DNA of 64,000 nt from Candidatus Latescibacterota bacterium (GTDB taxonomy: Bacteria > Latescibacterota > UBA2968 > GCA-2709665), in NCBI GenBank assembly GCA_965208835.1, contig OZ242358.1, positions 4,288,001 to 4,352,000 of the forward strand, read 5' to 3'. A model generated the notes under the pieces. It worked only from the letters and a program-made list of their open reading frames with translations, made no database searches and was not told the origin of the DNA. The position numbers were made by a program, and so were the translations under genes. Positions within the stretch are counted from its first letter, which is position 1; each line of letters opens with the position of its first letter. Shown in pieces: positions 48,638-59,186 of the stretch.

Positions 48638-49633
48638 TCAGGCGGTGTCTTCCAAAAGACGTTGCACGAGTTCAAGCGGCGTGACCCCCTCCGCCTCGGC
48701 ATTGAAGCTGGTGACGATACGATGGCGAAGCACCGGAACGCCGACAAACTTGACGTCTTCAACCGCGGCGGCGTACCGTCCCTCGAGGATTGCACGGGCC
48801 TTGGCGCCCAGAACGAGGAACTGAGAAGCGCGGGGGCCCGCGCCCCAGTTGACCATGCGTGATACGAAATCCGGCGCTCCGTCGGCTCCGGGCCGGGTCC
48901 TGCGGGTGAGGCCCACGGCATAGTCGATCACATAGTCGGCCACCGGAACCTTTCGGATTAGCTGCTGCAGTTCGACGATTTCCCGCGCGTCGAATACCGG
49001 CTCTATTTCCGCCGCGTAGGCGCTGGTTGTGGTGCGAACGATCTGTTTCTCCTCTTCTTCAGTGGGATAGTCGATCCACAGGTTGAAAATGAACCGGTCG
49101 AGCTGTGCTTCAGGCAGCGGATACGTGCCTTCCTGTTCGATCGGGTTCTGCGTTGCAAGCACAAAAAAGGGTTCTTCCAGGCGAAACGTATCGCCGCCGG
49201 CGGTAACTTCGTGCTCCTGCATGGCCTGCAGCAGGGCAGCCTGGGTTTTTGGCGGCGTACGGTTGACCTCGTCCGCCAGAATGATGTTCGCAAAGAGCGG
49301 ACCCTTTACGAAGCGGAAGGACTTCTGGCCCGTACGCTGGTCTTCTTCCAGCACTTCCGTGCCGGTGATATCCGACGGCATCAGGTCCGGCGTGAACTGG
49401 ATGCGGCTGAAGCTGAGGTTGAGCGCTCTGGCGAGCGTGCTGATGAGAAGCGTTTTCGCGAGTCCGGGAACCCCGACGAGCAGGCAGTGTCCGCCGCACA
49501 GGAGTGCGATGAGCAACTGGTCCACGATCTTGTTCTGACCCACGATAATCTTGCCGATTTCGTCCCTGATACGGGTGTGGGCGGTTTTCAGTCTCTCGAC
49601 GGCTTCGAGGTCGTCTGGGGGTTGTTCGGGCAT
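48638..49633 (-). CDS. moxR: MoxR-family AAA+ ATPase
   Basis: GVPGLAKT, RIQFTPDLMPSD, ADEVNR, ATQNPIEQEGTYPLPEAQLDRF. Confidence 0.95.
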   Translation of the reverse strand: MPEQPPDDLEAVERLKTAHTRIRDEIGKIIVGQNKIVDQLLIALLCGGHCLLVGVPGLAKTLLISTLARALNLSFSRIQFTPDLMPSDITGTEVLEEDQRTGQKSFRFVKGPLFANIILADEVNRTPPKTQAALLQAMQEHEVTAGGDTFRLEEPFFVLATQNPIEQEGTYPLPEAQLDRFIFNLWIDYPTEEEEKQIVRTTTSAYAAEIEPVFDAREIVELQQLIRKVPVADYVIDYAVGLTRRTRPGADGAPDFVSRMVNWGAGPRASQFLVLGAKARAILEGRYAAAVEDVKFVGVPVLRHRIVTSFNAEAEGVTPLELVQRLLEDTA

Positions 49634-49715
49634 GGTCGGACTATCCTTCGCTGGGTGGTCGTAACCGCTTCCGTCGATTCTCCCGGATGCCGGACGTCGG
49701 CCGGGGGGATCGCGA

Positions 49716-51074
49716 TCAGGTCTTGCGTTTCTGTTTTTTGGCTGCCGGGAACAGGATGTTGTTCAGGATGAGACGATATCCGGGCGAGTTTCTGCGCAGC
49801 GCGAGTTGCGTGGGCGGGTCTCCCACGAAGTGGCGATAGTCTTCCGGGTCGTGTCCGGCATAAAAGGTAAACGTGCCCCGGCCGACGTTTCCGTGGATGT
49901 ATTTGACCTGCTCCGTACCGCTGACTTCTCCCATGATGGTGACGGACTTTTTGATTCGACTCTTACGAAACGCCGTGGTCTGACCCAGAAATCCCCGTAC
50001 GACGGGCACGTGGTTCTGGGTGAGCATGGCGGGCACCGGATCGAATTTGGCCGAGAACTCAAACAGCGTGAATGCATCTGCGTCGGGGCCGCGGAACCGC
50101 GCCCCGGTGGCGGGCGAGACGTCGATGTCGGCGTGTTCATATTCCATGGGATCCGTGACCAGAGAAAAGTTTTCGAAGGCGATCGTCCTTGAAAAATCCA
50201 ACCTGGCCTGCGCGTCGGGATGGGGCGGGTCCCCGTCGTACACGGTATCCACGATGTCCACGCCTGCCGCGGCCAGGGCAATGTCGAAGGTGTCCGTGGC
50301 GGAACACATGGCAAATACGAATCCGCCTTCGGAGATGTATTCCAGGATTGCCCGGGCAACGGCGCCTTTTTCCACGGAGACCTTTCTGAAACCGAGGCGC
50401 CTGGCGAGGCTTTCAAACTCGGTCTGCTGACGTCGATACCAGAGTTCATGGCCGTGGCTTCGGTAGAATTTCCCGTACTGACCGGTGAAATCCTCGTGGT
50501 GCAGGTGCAGCCAGTCGTACTCGGAGAGCTTCCCTGCCAAGACCTCCTCGTCCCAGAGAATGTCGTACGGGATTTCGGCGTAGGCCAGGGCCAGTGTGAC
50601 CGCGTCGTCCCAGGGTTGTTTGCTGGGCGGTGAATAGACGGCAATTTTTGGCGCCTTCTCCAGCCGAACGGTATTCATGTTTCCCTGTTCGATCTCCGAA
50701 TAGATTCGAACGGCATCGGCTCCGGCGATGCGCTCGAAATCGACGTCGCGCAGACGCGCCTCCCCGGCCGCCGATTCCAGGTAATCCATCATAAAGGAGC
50801 CGCCGCGGTAGTTGAGCAGCCACTCCACGTCTATGCTTTGCTGCAGCGCCCAGAAAGCCAGCCCGTAAGCCTTGAGATGATTCGCCTGCCCAGGATCCAT
50901 GGGGATGAGCAGTTTGTCGGCGGCCGCATTCGAAGAGGCCCCGAACAGGCACAGACTCACCACCATGGCCCTGAGAAGATGGCCGGGGGTCGCGCGCGGA
51001 GCGCGATCGAGACTCACCGCGCCGCGCAGACGAGCGACGGATATCCTGGAGAATCTGCGATCGTGGACGGTCAC
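49716..51074 (-). CDS. conserved exported FCB-group protein (family often labelled 'asparagine synthetase B')
   Basis: LIPMD..Q.NHLKAYG, WLLNYRGGSF, PWDDAV, WLHLHHEDFTGQYGKF, FAMCSATD, GHDPED, SPGYRLILNN; true start may be ATG near 50966. Confidence 0.8.
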   Translation of the reverse strand: MTVHDRRFSRISVARLRGAVSLDRAPRATPGHLLRAMVVSLCLFGASSNAAADKLLIPMDPGQANHLKAYGLAFWALQQSIDVEWLLNYRGGSFMMDYLESAAGEARLRDVDFERIAGADAVRIYSEIEQGNMNTVRLEKAPKIAVYSPPSKQPWDDAVTLALAYAEIPYDILWDEEVLAGKLSEYDWLHLHHEDFTGQYGKFYRSHGHELWYRRQQTEFESLARRLGFRKVSVEKGAVARAILEYISEGGFVFAMCSATDTFDIALAAAGVDIVDTVYDGDPPHPDAQARLDFSRTIAFENFSLVTDPMEYEHADIDVSPATGARFRGPDADAFTLFEFSAKFDPVPAMLTQNHVPVVRGFLGQTTAFRKSRIKKSVTIMGEVSGTEQVKYIHGNVGRGTFTFYAGHDPEDYRHFVGDPPTQLALRRNSPGYRLILNNILFPAAKKQKRKT

Positions 51075-52901
51075 TTATCCGGGCTCCCTGGGGACGGTTT
51101 CGAGGGTTTTGATTTTCTGTCGAAGCGTTCGAACCTTTTCCCGGGCCTCCGCGGCCTCAAAGCTGTGCGGATATGCTGAAAGAACGGATTCGTACGTTTT
51201 CAACGCGTCCACGTATTGTCCGAGTTTCCGGTCGTAGATCCTGCCCACGGTCACCATTGCCCCGGGGCACAGCGGGCTCCACGGGACGTTTTCAAGCAGT
51301 TGCCGGGACGTTTGAATGGCTTCGTTGTACCTGCCGAGCGTGTCCAGAAGGGCGATCTGACTGGCCAGCGCGCGATCCATAAGCCTCGATTTCGGATGGG
51401 TTTTCGTAAACGTCCGGAACGCGGCCAGGGCCGCGTCTGTTTGCTGCCGGCGAACGAGCCTGGACGCCGCCGCAAATGACCGCAGCACCCCGTCGTCTTC
51501 TTCGTCCGCGTACTCGAGCAGGACCGAGAGCCGCAGCGCGTCGTTGAACGCGAATCGACCTGACGAGCCGGACAGCAGGCTGTCGATGACACCGCGGGCG
51601 GCGTCGATGTCGCCGGACAGGAAATGGCATTCGGCGATACCGAAACGAGCCTGCGAGGCGTCTTCCCTGCCACGTTGTTCACGGACAACGCGGGCGTAAA
51701 CCGACCGGGCTTCCGCAAGCCGGTCCGAGACGATCAATATATCCGCGATCTCGAACAGAGCGTGGTAACGCCAGGAAGTACGCCTCTTCGCTCCGGCGAC
51801 CGAGCGGAACGCGTCCAGCGCGGCAGCGGTATCGCGATAGACCCGGCGGAAGAGTCGACCCAGCCGAAAACCGGCCTCATGGGCGTAGAGCGTACGGGGA
51901 AATCTGTCGACCAGGCTCCGGTAAAGGGACGCGGCCGTGTCGACCTGCGCCAGTCCTTGGCTCGCCCTCCCCAGGCCCAGGAGCGCTTCCGGTTGTCGGG
52001 CGATGGCGTTGGAGCCGGCCAGAACCATGCGATAGGCATCGGCCGCCGTGGCGAACCGGCCGGCCTCGAAGGCGTGACGGGCGAGGCGTAACAGGTGCGT
52101 CACCTGAAGTGGACCGATACGTGGAATCGTCGCACAGACCCGTAGCGCCGGTCCCTCAAGACCTGCCGCCATGGCGTACTCCGTGAACAGGCGCAGGGCA
52201 ATCTCGTCGCCGGGATGCGTTCGGACCTCCTGGCCGAGCGTGGCGAGTATCCGGTCCTGCTGGTCGCCCTCCCGTGCGTAGTGCCTGAAGCGCGTTTCGA
52301 CCTGCCCCACTGATTGGGGCTGTTGGCGAACGAAGACGAGGTACTCGGCGACGGCGTCAGGATATCGCGCGAGCCGTTCGGCGATTTCAGCCATTTCTCC
52401 GGCGAACAGGTGCGGGTTTTTCAGGAGGTCGCGTCCCCGCCTGCAAACAGAAAGCGCCCGTGACGGAAGGTTGTATTTCAGGAAGTTGCGCGCGACACGC
52501 TCAATCGTTCCCGCATCAGCAGCACCTTCGACGATACGGTTCCAGTGTACAATTGCCGCCTTCAAGTTGCCCGTTTCCGACTGGACATCCGCCAGCCGGA
52601 GGCGGACCGTCGTGTCCTGCTGCCTCTTTTGAAGATGGGCCTCCAGGAGACGAACGGCTTCGCTGCGGCGCCCGGTACGGGAGAGAATCGATTCTATGCG
52701 AAGGAGGATGTCCGTGCGGTAAGGATACCTTCTCAGGAGTTTCCGATAGAGACGCAACGCTTCTCTCAAGTCGCCGGAGGCTACCTTTGCGTTGGCCTGT
52801 CTGAGGGTTTCCCGGGCAGTGGCGGCGGACAGATCCACCGGAGCGAACAACAGAAGCGCGGCAAGTACCGGGACGGCATTTGACGGTGTCCAAATCTTCA
52901 T
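51075..52901 (-). CDS. tetratricopeptide-repeat protein, exported
   Basis: Signal peptide and many TPRs with A...Y..L...YP/FP endings. Confidence 0.85.
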   Translation of the reverse strand: MKIWTPSNAVPVLAALLLFAPVDLSAATARETLRQANAKVASGDLREALRLYRKLLRRYPYRTDILLRIESILSRTGRRSEAVRLLEAHLQKRQQDTTVRLRLADVQSETGNLKAAIVHWNRIVEGAADAGTIERVARNFLKYNLPSRALSVCRRGRDLLKNPHLFAGEMAEIAERLARYPDAVAEYLVFVRQQPQSVGQVETRFRHYAREGDQQDRILATLGQEVRTHPGDEIALRLFTEYAMAAGLEGPALRVCATIPRIGPLQVTHLLRLARHAFEAGRFATAADAYRMVLAGSNAIARQPEALLGLGRASQGLAQVDTAASLYRSLVDRFPRTLYAHEAGFRLGRLFRRVYRDTAAALDAFRSVAGAKRRTSWRYHALFEIADILIVSDRLAEARSVYARVVREQRGREDASQARFGIAECHFLSGDIDAARGVIDSLLSGSSGRFAFNDALRLSVLLEYADEEDDGVLRSFAAASRLVRRQQTDAALAAFRTFTKTHPKSRLMDRALASQIALLDTLGRYNEAIQTSRQLLENVPWSPLCPGAMVTVGRIYDRKLGQYVDALKTYESVLSAYPHSFEAAEAREKVRTLRQKIKTLETVPREPG

Positions 52902-55900
52902 CGGGAATCTTCGCGTTTCAGCGCGTCCTCCATTAAAGACTCGAAATAGCTTCGGATGAGTCGATGGTATTCAGCAGCGAAACCCGCATCGAGCGCATCC
53001 CGGAGTCGCCTTCGAAGCGGGTTGTCCGCTTCGCCCAGATTTGGCGGCAACGAGCCCGGACCCTGGTATGCGAGTTCGGAACCTCGCCGTGCGCGCCGAT
53101 CGCTGCTTCGGCCGCGCTCGCGAATCGATCGCTGCGCATCGAGCAGGCGCGAGAGAATTCTGCGCTGTCGTTCAAGCGTCGGTCTTCCTGCGCGCCGGCT
53201 CTTCATCTCCTGGATCACGGCCTCCATCTCGGACGCGATGTGATCCAGATCGCCGAGCAGCGCATGTCGCCGGCTGCCCATCTGCCGGTGAATTTCCCGC
53301 AACGCCTCCTGGATAGCCCTCTGTCGGGCCGCCATCCGGGCGAGGCTCATCTGCAAACCCTGATCTCCGGACGGCTCGCGCCCCGGGTTGAGCGTGGATT
53401 CACTCTGTGCGTTCAGCCCGGATTGTTGGTCTGCCAGTTCCTGCATGCGCTGAAGCATTTCTTCCAGACCCACCGAGGAACCGGAAGCAGCGATGTCCCT
53501 GGCCACCCTGCGAAGCGCCATTGCGGTTTCGTTCAGCGCGCCCATCGCGTCCTTGCCGGAAGCTGCCGCCCGGGAACCGGCCCCGGCCTGGAAATGGCCT
53601 GCGGTCTCACGGACCTTGATGAGCGCCCGACCCAGCGCGGCGCCGGTTTCAGGCGTCACAAAATAGGACCGGCGGGCGGCTTCCATCAAGTGGTTCGCCA
53701 GGCGCGTCGCGCCCGCCAGTATACGGGCCTGAGCGATCGCCAGGGGCGCCGGATCGCTTTCCCTGGAAATTTCTCCGGCCTTGCGCGCGGTCTGTTCCTG
53801 CGCGACCGAGAGTCCCAGCAGGTTGTGCGTCATCTTGTTGAGATGGCGCAACAGCGCTTCTTTCCGGCTGTTGACGAATGCCTGCCTGGCCTCGTGGAGT
53901 TTCTTCGCGAACCCTTCGAGGTCTTCGGCTATCCGGGCGCCGCCGGTTCGAGCCAACCTCTCTGCACCGCCGCGCAGGTTGCGACTGACACCCCGCATGC
54001 GTTCGGGGATGCGCTGCGCTTCAAACCGTTCCGCCAGACCTTCGAGTTCGTTCGCCGCTTCCGGGAATTCACGGATTTCTTCGGCAGTCTCCGCAAGCTC
54101 GTCCTCAAACGAGCCGGTTCGCCTTGCGATCGCATCCTGCTGTCCCGCCACGGACGATGGGACCCGCTCATCACCGAGGTTGTCAACCACGCGGCGCTGC
54201 TCACGGGACAGCGCTTCCAGGGTCTGTGCCAACGCATCCAGCGCCTGTTCCGTGCGCAGTTGCCGCAGCAGGGCAATCGTCCGCTCCAGAGACTCTTGAA
54301 ATCCTTCCTGCTCGCCGCGAAACGCCTTCAGGGCCTCCTCCACGGCTTTGGAATCGACGCGCTGCATTGCGCCGCGAAGTTCTTCCATTGCTTGCTTCAA
54401 CCGTGGCGTTTCGATTTCGGAGAGCAGTCCCTGAATCTGATTCAGTTTTTGAAGGGTTTCGTCCCCCAGAAGTCCGCTCTGTTGGAGCCTGCCGAGCGTT
54501 TCTTCGAGTTTCTCGCTCACTCTTTCAAGCTTTTCCGAGGCGGTGGCCTGGGCATCGATCGCGGTTTCAAGCTCCTTGCCGTGCTGCCATTGCATCTGTC
54601 GTTCCTTCAACAGCCGTTGCGCGATCTCCTCAATTCGTTCCCGCACCGCCTCACCCTCTTCCCGGATGGCAGTCATCCGTTCCAGACCCTCTTCGTGAGC
54701 CTGTTGCGCCTGCCGGTGGATTTCCAGCAGAGACGGAAAGCGGATGGTGAAGGCCGGTGTTTCCGTTATGCCTGGACCGGATACCCTATTGCCGTCATAC
54801 GCGCGCAGCCTGAAGACGACCCGATCGCCCGGCAGCAGGTCCAGGCCGGAGAGATCCCACACATAGGTCCGGGTGAGTTCTCCCGCGCCCGGGTTGTACA
54901 TGGGAAAGGGCAGGACCTCCTCGGTCTCGAAATCGTTCACGCGGTATCGGATTTCGATTCTTGAAACGCCGAAGTCGTCACGGGCTTCCACGAACAGGGG
55001 AACCCGCATATCTTCCCCCAGTTCGGTGTCTTTACCCGGTCGGAGCAGGCGTATTTCAGGCGGATGGTCCTGGAGGGCAACCACGCGGTATTCTACCGGA
55101 TTCGCGTTGGCGATATCGTGCGTATCAAGCAAAGCGATTATATATCGCCGATTCTGTCTGACTGTCAGATTGTATAGAGCGGAACGTCCTTCGATCTGCG
55201 CAGTTGAAGCGATACTGTCGTCGAAGACGATTTCTGCCCCGCTCAACGGAAGGCTGGATTGGACACGAAGTACGGTCGACGTTCCGGCGATCGCTACAAT
55301 GTCACCGCCATCGACGTCACGGACTTCGTCCAGCCCCGTATAAGCCGGATAACGATTGTCGTGGCGAATCTTCGTTACCATTGGCCGGGGCTTCGCGGTG
55401 ACCCTGTAAACAGGGGTTGCCGCGTCGTTCGCGCTAAGACGGTACTGGAACGACCGCGTCACGGCGGGTATCACGTGCGCGATCCTCCCGTTGCGGACCG
55501 AGATTTCAAGGGGCGCCCACGCGTCGTCTTCCCGCAACAGGAGGTGAGCCTGCAGAGGCACGACGCCGGTCACGGTCGCCGTTATCGCAAGGGGTTCTCC
55601 CGCAATGATTTCGGTGCTTCCGGGATGCAGGGAAATAAACGTCTCGGGCGGACGGACGAAGGCCGTTCCCGGCCGGGCAAGCCGGCCGGCGGCCGCGGTA
55701 AGCGATCCTGGCAGAATGGCGAAAGCCACGAGAATGACCAGGCCCAGCGCACCGCAGATGGCGGCCATCCGCAGGGGCTGAGTCCGGGCGACCAGGGGTT
55801 CCAGGTTCAGCTTCGCCAGCGCCTCATCCGCCTGAATCACCGCGGCATCGACCATCGGAGACGAATAATCGGCGTCTTTGTCGGTACCCCCGAGCTGCAA

Positions 55901-56290
55901 TGCGCTGATCAGGCGCTGCTGAAGGCCACCGAACGCGTGTTCGACCTGCAACGCGACGGCTTCCGGGGAGGGCGGAAGGTAGAGAGGGCGAAGACAGTAC
56001 AATACCCCAAGCCCGACCACAACAAGCGCGGCGGATGCCTCGAAAGCCACCTTGACCGTCGGCGAAAGATACAGGACGGTTTCCAGGAGCAGCAGAACGA
56101 CAAAGCAGGACAATGCCGCGCAGAGAGCCAGACCCGCGCCGTACAGGCTGCGGGCGGCAACCTGCCTTTTCCGAAGCGCGTTCAGCCTGCCCAGCAGGTT
56201 CAGGTACGCGTCATTTGGGGATGTTCCGGTCATAGTTGAGGGAAACGCAAGTTCGGAGGCGCGTTTACTCCGCCACCTCCGCACGGTCAA
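52898..56290 (-). CDS. DUF4175-like membrane-anchored coiled-coil protein
   Basis: N-terminal TM helices, YPAYTG, D.PP.I, ARDDFG, long Q/E-rich coiled coil, RILSRLLDAQRS, Y..LI..YF. Confidence 0.8.
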   Translation of the reverse strand: MTVRRWRSKRASELAFPSTMTGTSPNDAYLNLLGRLNALRKRQVAARSLYGAGLALCAALSCFVVLLLLETVLYLSPTVKVAFEASAALVVVGLGVLYCLRPLYLPPSPEAVALQVEHAFGGLQQRLISALQLGGTDKDADYSSPMVDAAVIQADEALAKLNLEPLVARTQPLRMAAICGALGLVILVAFAILPGSLTAAAGRLARPGTAFVRPPETFISLHPGSTEIIAGEPLAITATVTGVVPLQAHLLLREDDAWAPLEISVRNGRIAHVIPAVTRSFQYRLSANDAATPVYRVTAKPRPMVTKIRHDNRYPAYTGLDEVRDVDGGDIVAIAGTSTVLRVQSSLPLSGAEIVFDDSIASTAQIEGRSALYNLTVRQNRRYIIALLDTHDIANANPVEYRVVALQDHPPEIRLLRPGKDTELGEDMRVPLFVEARDDFGVSRIEIRYRVNDFETEEVLPFPMYNPGAGELTRTYVWDLSGLDLLPGDRVVFRLRAYDGNRVSGPGITETPAFTIRFPSLLEIHRQAQQAHEEGLERMTAIREEGEAVRERIEEIAQRLLKERQMQWQHGKELETAIDAQATASEKLERVSEKLEETLGRLQQSGLLGDETLQKLNQIQGLLSEIETPRLKQAMEELRGAMQRVDSKAVEEALKAFRGEQEGFQESLERTIALLRQLRTEQALDALAQTLEALSREQRRVVDNLGDERVPSSVAGQQDAIARRTGSFEDELAETAEEIREFPEAANELEGLAERFEAQRIPERMRGVSRNLRGGAERLARTGGARIAEDLEGFAKKLHEARQAFVNSRKEALLRHLNKMTHNLLGLSVAQEQTARKAGEISRESDPAPLAIAQARILAGATRLANHLMEAARRSYFVTPETGAALGRALIKVRETAGHFQAGAGSRAAASGKDAMGALNETAMALRRVARDIAASGSSVGLEEMLQRMQELADQQSGLNAQSESTLNPGREPSGDQGLQMSLARMAARQRAIQEALREIHRQMGSRRHALLGDLDHIASEMEAVIQEMKSRRAGRPTLERQRRILSRLLDAQRSIRERGRSSDRRARRGSELAYQGPGSLPPNLGEADNPLRRRLRDALDAGFAAEYHRLIRSYFESLMEDALKREDSR

Positions 56291-57006
56291 TGCGTGAGCG
56301 CCCAGACGACGACGTTCGTGCCCATTTTCAGGGCGGCATCCCGCTTCTCGGGCGGATCATTGTGTACGGCGGCATCGTTCCAACCGTCCCCCAGGTCGCA
56401 CTCGTAATTGTAAAACACCACAAGCCGCCCCTCGTGAAAAATGCCAAACGCCTGCGGTCGTTTGCCGTCATGTTCGTGAATTTTGGGCAGGCCGTCCGGA
56501 AACGGGAAGGGGTGTTGAAAGATGCCGAATGAAGGCGGCAATTCAACCAGTTCTTTATCGGGGAAGGTTCTGGTTATTTCACGGCGAAAGGCTTTATCGA
56601 GTCCGTAGTCGTCGTTGGCAAAGAGAAAGCCCCCGTGTTCCAGGTACGTGCGAAGGCGTACGACCTCATCTTCCGTAAATCGAATATTTCCGTGTCCGGT
56701 GAGGTACAGAACGGGATAGGCGAAAAGGTCCTCATCCATGATTTCGACTCTGGCTTCCCGTTCGGCTGTGTGGATCGTCGTTCGACTTCGGATAAAGGCC
56801 AGAAGGTTGGGAATCTCGGTAGGTCCGTTGTACCAGTCTCCGCCGCCGCCGAATTTGAGCCTCGCCATCGTGAATGATGCGGGCGGATCCAGAAGTTGTG
56901 CCGGGCAGCGGGCGGCGCCAACCGTCAGAAGGCAGAACAGAGCGCAGCTCACGCCCTTTCGGGCGTATCGTCCGGCGCCGTCTTTGTGCTTTGCTTCCGT
57001 GTCCAT
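56287..57006 (-). CDS. DUF4159-domain protein
   Basis: ARLK.GGGGDWY, LYLTGHG, GGFL...DDYG, PKIHEHDG, DLGDGW, ALKMG.N. Confidence 0.92.
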   Translation of the reverse strand: MDTEAKHKDGAGRYARKGVSCALFCLLTVGAARCPAQLLDPPASFTMARLKFGGGGDWYNGPTEIPNLLAFIRSRTTIHTAEREARVEIMDEDLFAYPVLYLTGHGNIRFTEDEVVRLRTYLEHGGFLFANDDYGLDKAFRREITRTFPDKELVELPPSFGIFQHPFPFPDGLPKIHEHDGKRPQAFGIFHEGRLVVFYNYECDLGDGWNDAAVHNDPPEKRDAALKMGTNVVVWALTH

Positions 57007-57030
57007 CTCTCCTGAGCACAGCCTCCCGAA

Positions 57031-57531
57031 TCAGTGAAGCCCGGACCGTACGCGGGCACTTCGACAAGCCGTTTCGACAAGCCCAACGCAAGCAAATCGG
57101 CGAGACCGGATGAATGGTGATATATCTATGAGACGGGACGCGATATCGGAAGTTCCGGGATTCCGGTCAATGGGATCCGATCTGAAGCAGCGGTTTCGAC
57201 CGTCCGGTTCAGGCGCGGGGCTCTTTTCGAAGCTGAACGTGCATTCGAACTTCACATCTGCAAGGCATCTCTCGTCGATCGGAAACGCGTTGCACTGGAG
57301 CGGCCGGTTCTCGTAGATGCTGCAGACGGAGAATCCATCGTCCTGTTTGACCAGGAAGGGACACTTGAAAAGGATCTCGCAGCAGTTTCCGCACCGGTTG
57401 CATTCACCCGCAAGCAGCGTTGCCTGCTCGGCAACATAGGACTTCCGAAAGTGAGCCAGGAAGAAGCGGCGAACTTTCCCCGCGGCCTGTCGGGCCCTGT
57501 ACGGCAGCTTCATGTACGTTCTGTGTTCCAT
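57031..57531 (-). CDS. YkgJ-like Cys-cluster (Zn/Fe-chelating) protein; C-terminus possibly frameshifted
   Basis: CNRCGNCC, CPFL, CSIYENRP.QC..FP. Confidence 0.75.
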   Translation of the reverse strand: MEHRTYMKLPYRARQAAGKVRRFFLAHFRKSYVAEQATLLAGECNRCGNCCEILFKCPFLVKQDDGFSVCSIYENRPLQCNAFPIDERCLADVKFECTFSFEKSPAPEPDGRNRCFRSDPIDRNPGTSDIASRLIDISPFIRSRRFACVGLVETACRSARVRSGLH

Positions 57532-57580
57532 ACTGTCGCAGAGTTGAAATCAGGGAACTTCGGTCCTGTCCGCTGATGAT

Positions 57581-59065
57581 TCATTCATCGGCTTCTACAC
57601 CCGCCCGCTTCGGCAGCCGGAAGAGTTGCCGGATCTCCTGCCACTCTCCGGTTTCAAGGAAGTTCCATCCCCACAGGATAAATGGATAAGCCAGCAACAG
57701 AATACACCGGGTGATTATGCCGGACGGACTGGCATCGGGCGCAAATCCGGATACGCCGACAAATACGATACCGCCGGCGATGGCGACCTTCGCGAGCCTG
57801 GCGTACTCGTAGGCGACCGGGTAGAATCGCCGTGTGTGGAGATACAGAAAAACAACCATGACGCCGTATGCGGCCAGCGTACTCCAGGCGGCGCCGTGCA
57901 CGCCCATACGCGGGATGAGCAGGAGGTTGAATCCCACATTGACGACCGCGCCCACGCCCACGACAAGCGGAAGCATGCGTGAACGGCCCTCCGCGTATAC
58001 GCCGGCTGTCAATATAATGTACAGGCCCGATAACAGGAATGCAAGGGTTACAATGGGAATGACACCCTGAGCCGGCAGGTATTCAGCGGCATTGCTTCCG
58101 CAGCCCAGCAGAATGAGATCGCGTGCGAAGGTGGATAGCACCAGGAGCAGCAGGGTTGCTCCCGCCGCGAAGTAGGTTGTCATCCGGGCCACAACGGTAC
58201 GGGCCTCGGCTCTGTCCGGAATGGCCAGGACGCCCGGCGCCCACGCGGAGCGAAAAACACGCGTAAGCATCTGCATGGGGAGGCAGAACCGGAAGAGGAT
58301 CTGAAGGATCCCGACGGGGTCCTTTCCCAGGAAAAACATCAGCAGCAACCGGTCGGAAAGGTTTATCAGAAGCAGCGCCGCAGCCGAGGGAACGAAGGGC
58401 AGACCAAAGCGCAGAAGCTCGCGCAGTATCGATGTCGAATAGACGGGCCGGAGGACTTGGAACCCGATTGGGCAAAGCGCGAGAAAGGCAAAGGCTGAAC
58501 TGACCAGATTGCTCCAGAATATGGCGCGTACTCCGTTACCTTCCCAGACGATCAGGTAAACGGTCAGGCCAAGCTGCAGTGTGTGTTGAACGAACCGCAC
58601 AGACGCGTAGGTTCCCGATCGTTGCCGCACTCTGCACAGCGTAAAGAAGGGCTCGGACAGGGTGTCCAGCAGGAGAATGACAGCGACGACCTGGAAGATG
58701 TCGGCGTAGGATGCGGAATTGAGAAAAACGATGGCAAGGCGCGCCGCAGAATTCCATACCAGGAAAGAAAGCAGGACGCCGACTGCCATTAGTGTCCAGT
58801 ATGCCGTGCTGAACTTGAGGCGTGTGCCTTCGTCGCCGCGCTCGACAGAGAGATGGCGGACGAGCGCATGGTTCAGACCCAGGGCGTACAGGAGAACACT
58901 GAAACTGACAAACGCATACGCGAGGGCCATGTCGCCATTTTCGGATGGCGTCAGCAGGCGAGCGTATACCGGCACCAGAAGGATGCCCGTCGCCTTTCCG
59001 AGCAGGTCGCCCATTCCGTAAACGGCAGTATGTTTTGTGAGCGATTTGACGTATCGGAAGCGCAT
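57581..59065 (-). CDS. oligosaccharide flippase (Wzx/MOP superfamily)
   Basis: L.KH.AVYG, LLVPVYARLLTP, many TM helices, LL.FGLP, DR.LL, N.LLIP..G..GAAW.T. Confidence 0.85.
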   Translation of the reverse strand: MRFRYVKSLTKHTAVYGMGDLLGKATGILLVPVYARLLTPSENGDMALAYAFVSFSVLLYALGLNHALVRHLSVERGDEGTRLKFSTAYWTLMAVGVLLSFLVWNSAARLAIVFLNSASYADIFQVVAVILLLDTLSEPFFTLCRVRQRSGTYASVRFVQHTLQLGLTVYLIVWEGNGVRAIFWSNLVSSAFAFLALCPIGFQVLRPVYSTSILRELLRFGLPFVPSAAALLLINLSDRLLLMFFLGKDPVGILQILFRFCLPMQMLTRVFRSAWAPGVLAIPDRAEARTVVARMTTYFAAGATLLLLVLSTFARDLILLGCGSNAAEYLPAQGVIPIVTLAFLLSGLYIILTAGVYAEGRSRMLPLVVGVGAVVNVGFNLLLIPRMGVHGAAWSTLAAYGVMVVFLYLHTRRFYPVAYEYARLAKVAIAGGIVFVGVSGFAPDASPSGIITRCILLLAYPFILWGWNFLETGEWQEIRQLFRLPKRAGVEADE

Positions 59066-59186
59066 GGATAATTTGCGGCCATCCTTCTTCGTGGGCCCAG
59101 GCAACGCCGGCTCTTTCCGGCATCTCGCGAATGCCTGTGTTATCCGGGCCCCGCCAACGTGGCACGGAGTCGATTGGATGGGAGGT

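Noticed and set aside
52964-54964. 666-aa plus-strand ORF and many other long overlapping ORFs
   Set aside because: Antisense or alternate-frame shadows of well-supported genes in GC-rich DNA, with no recognisable motifs.
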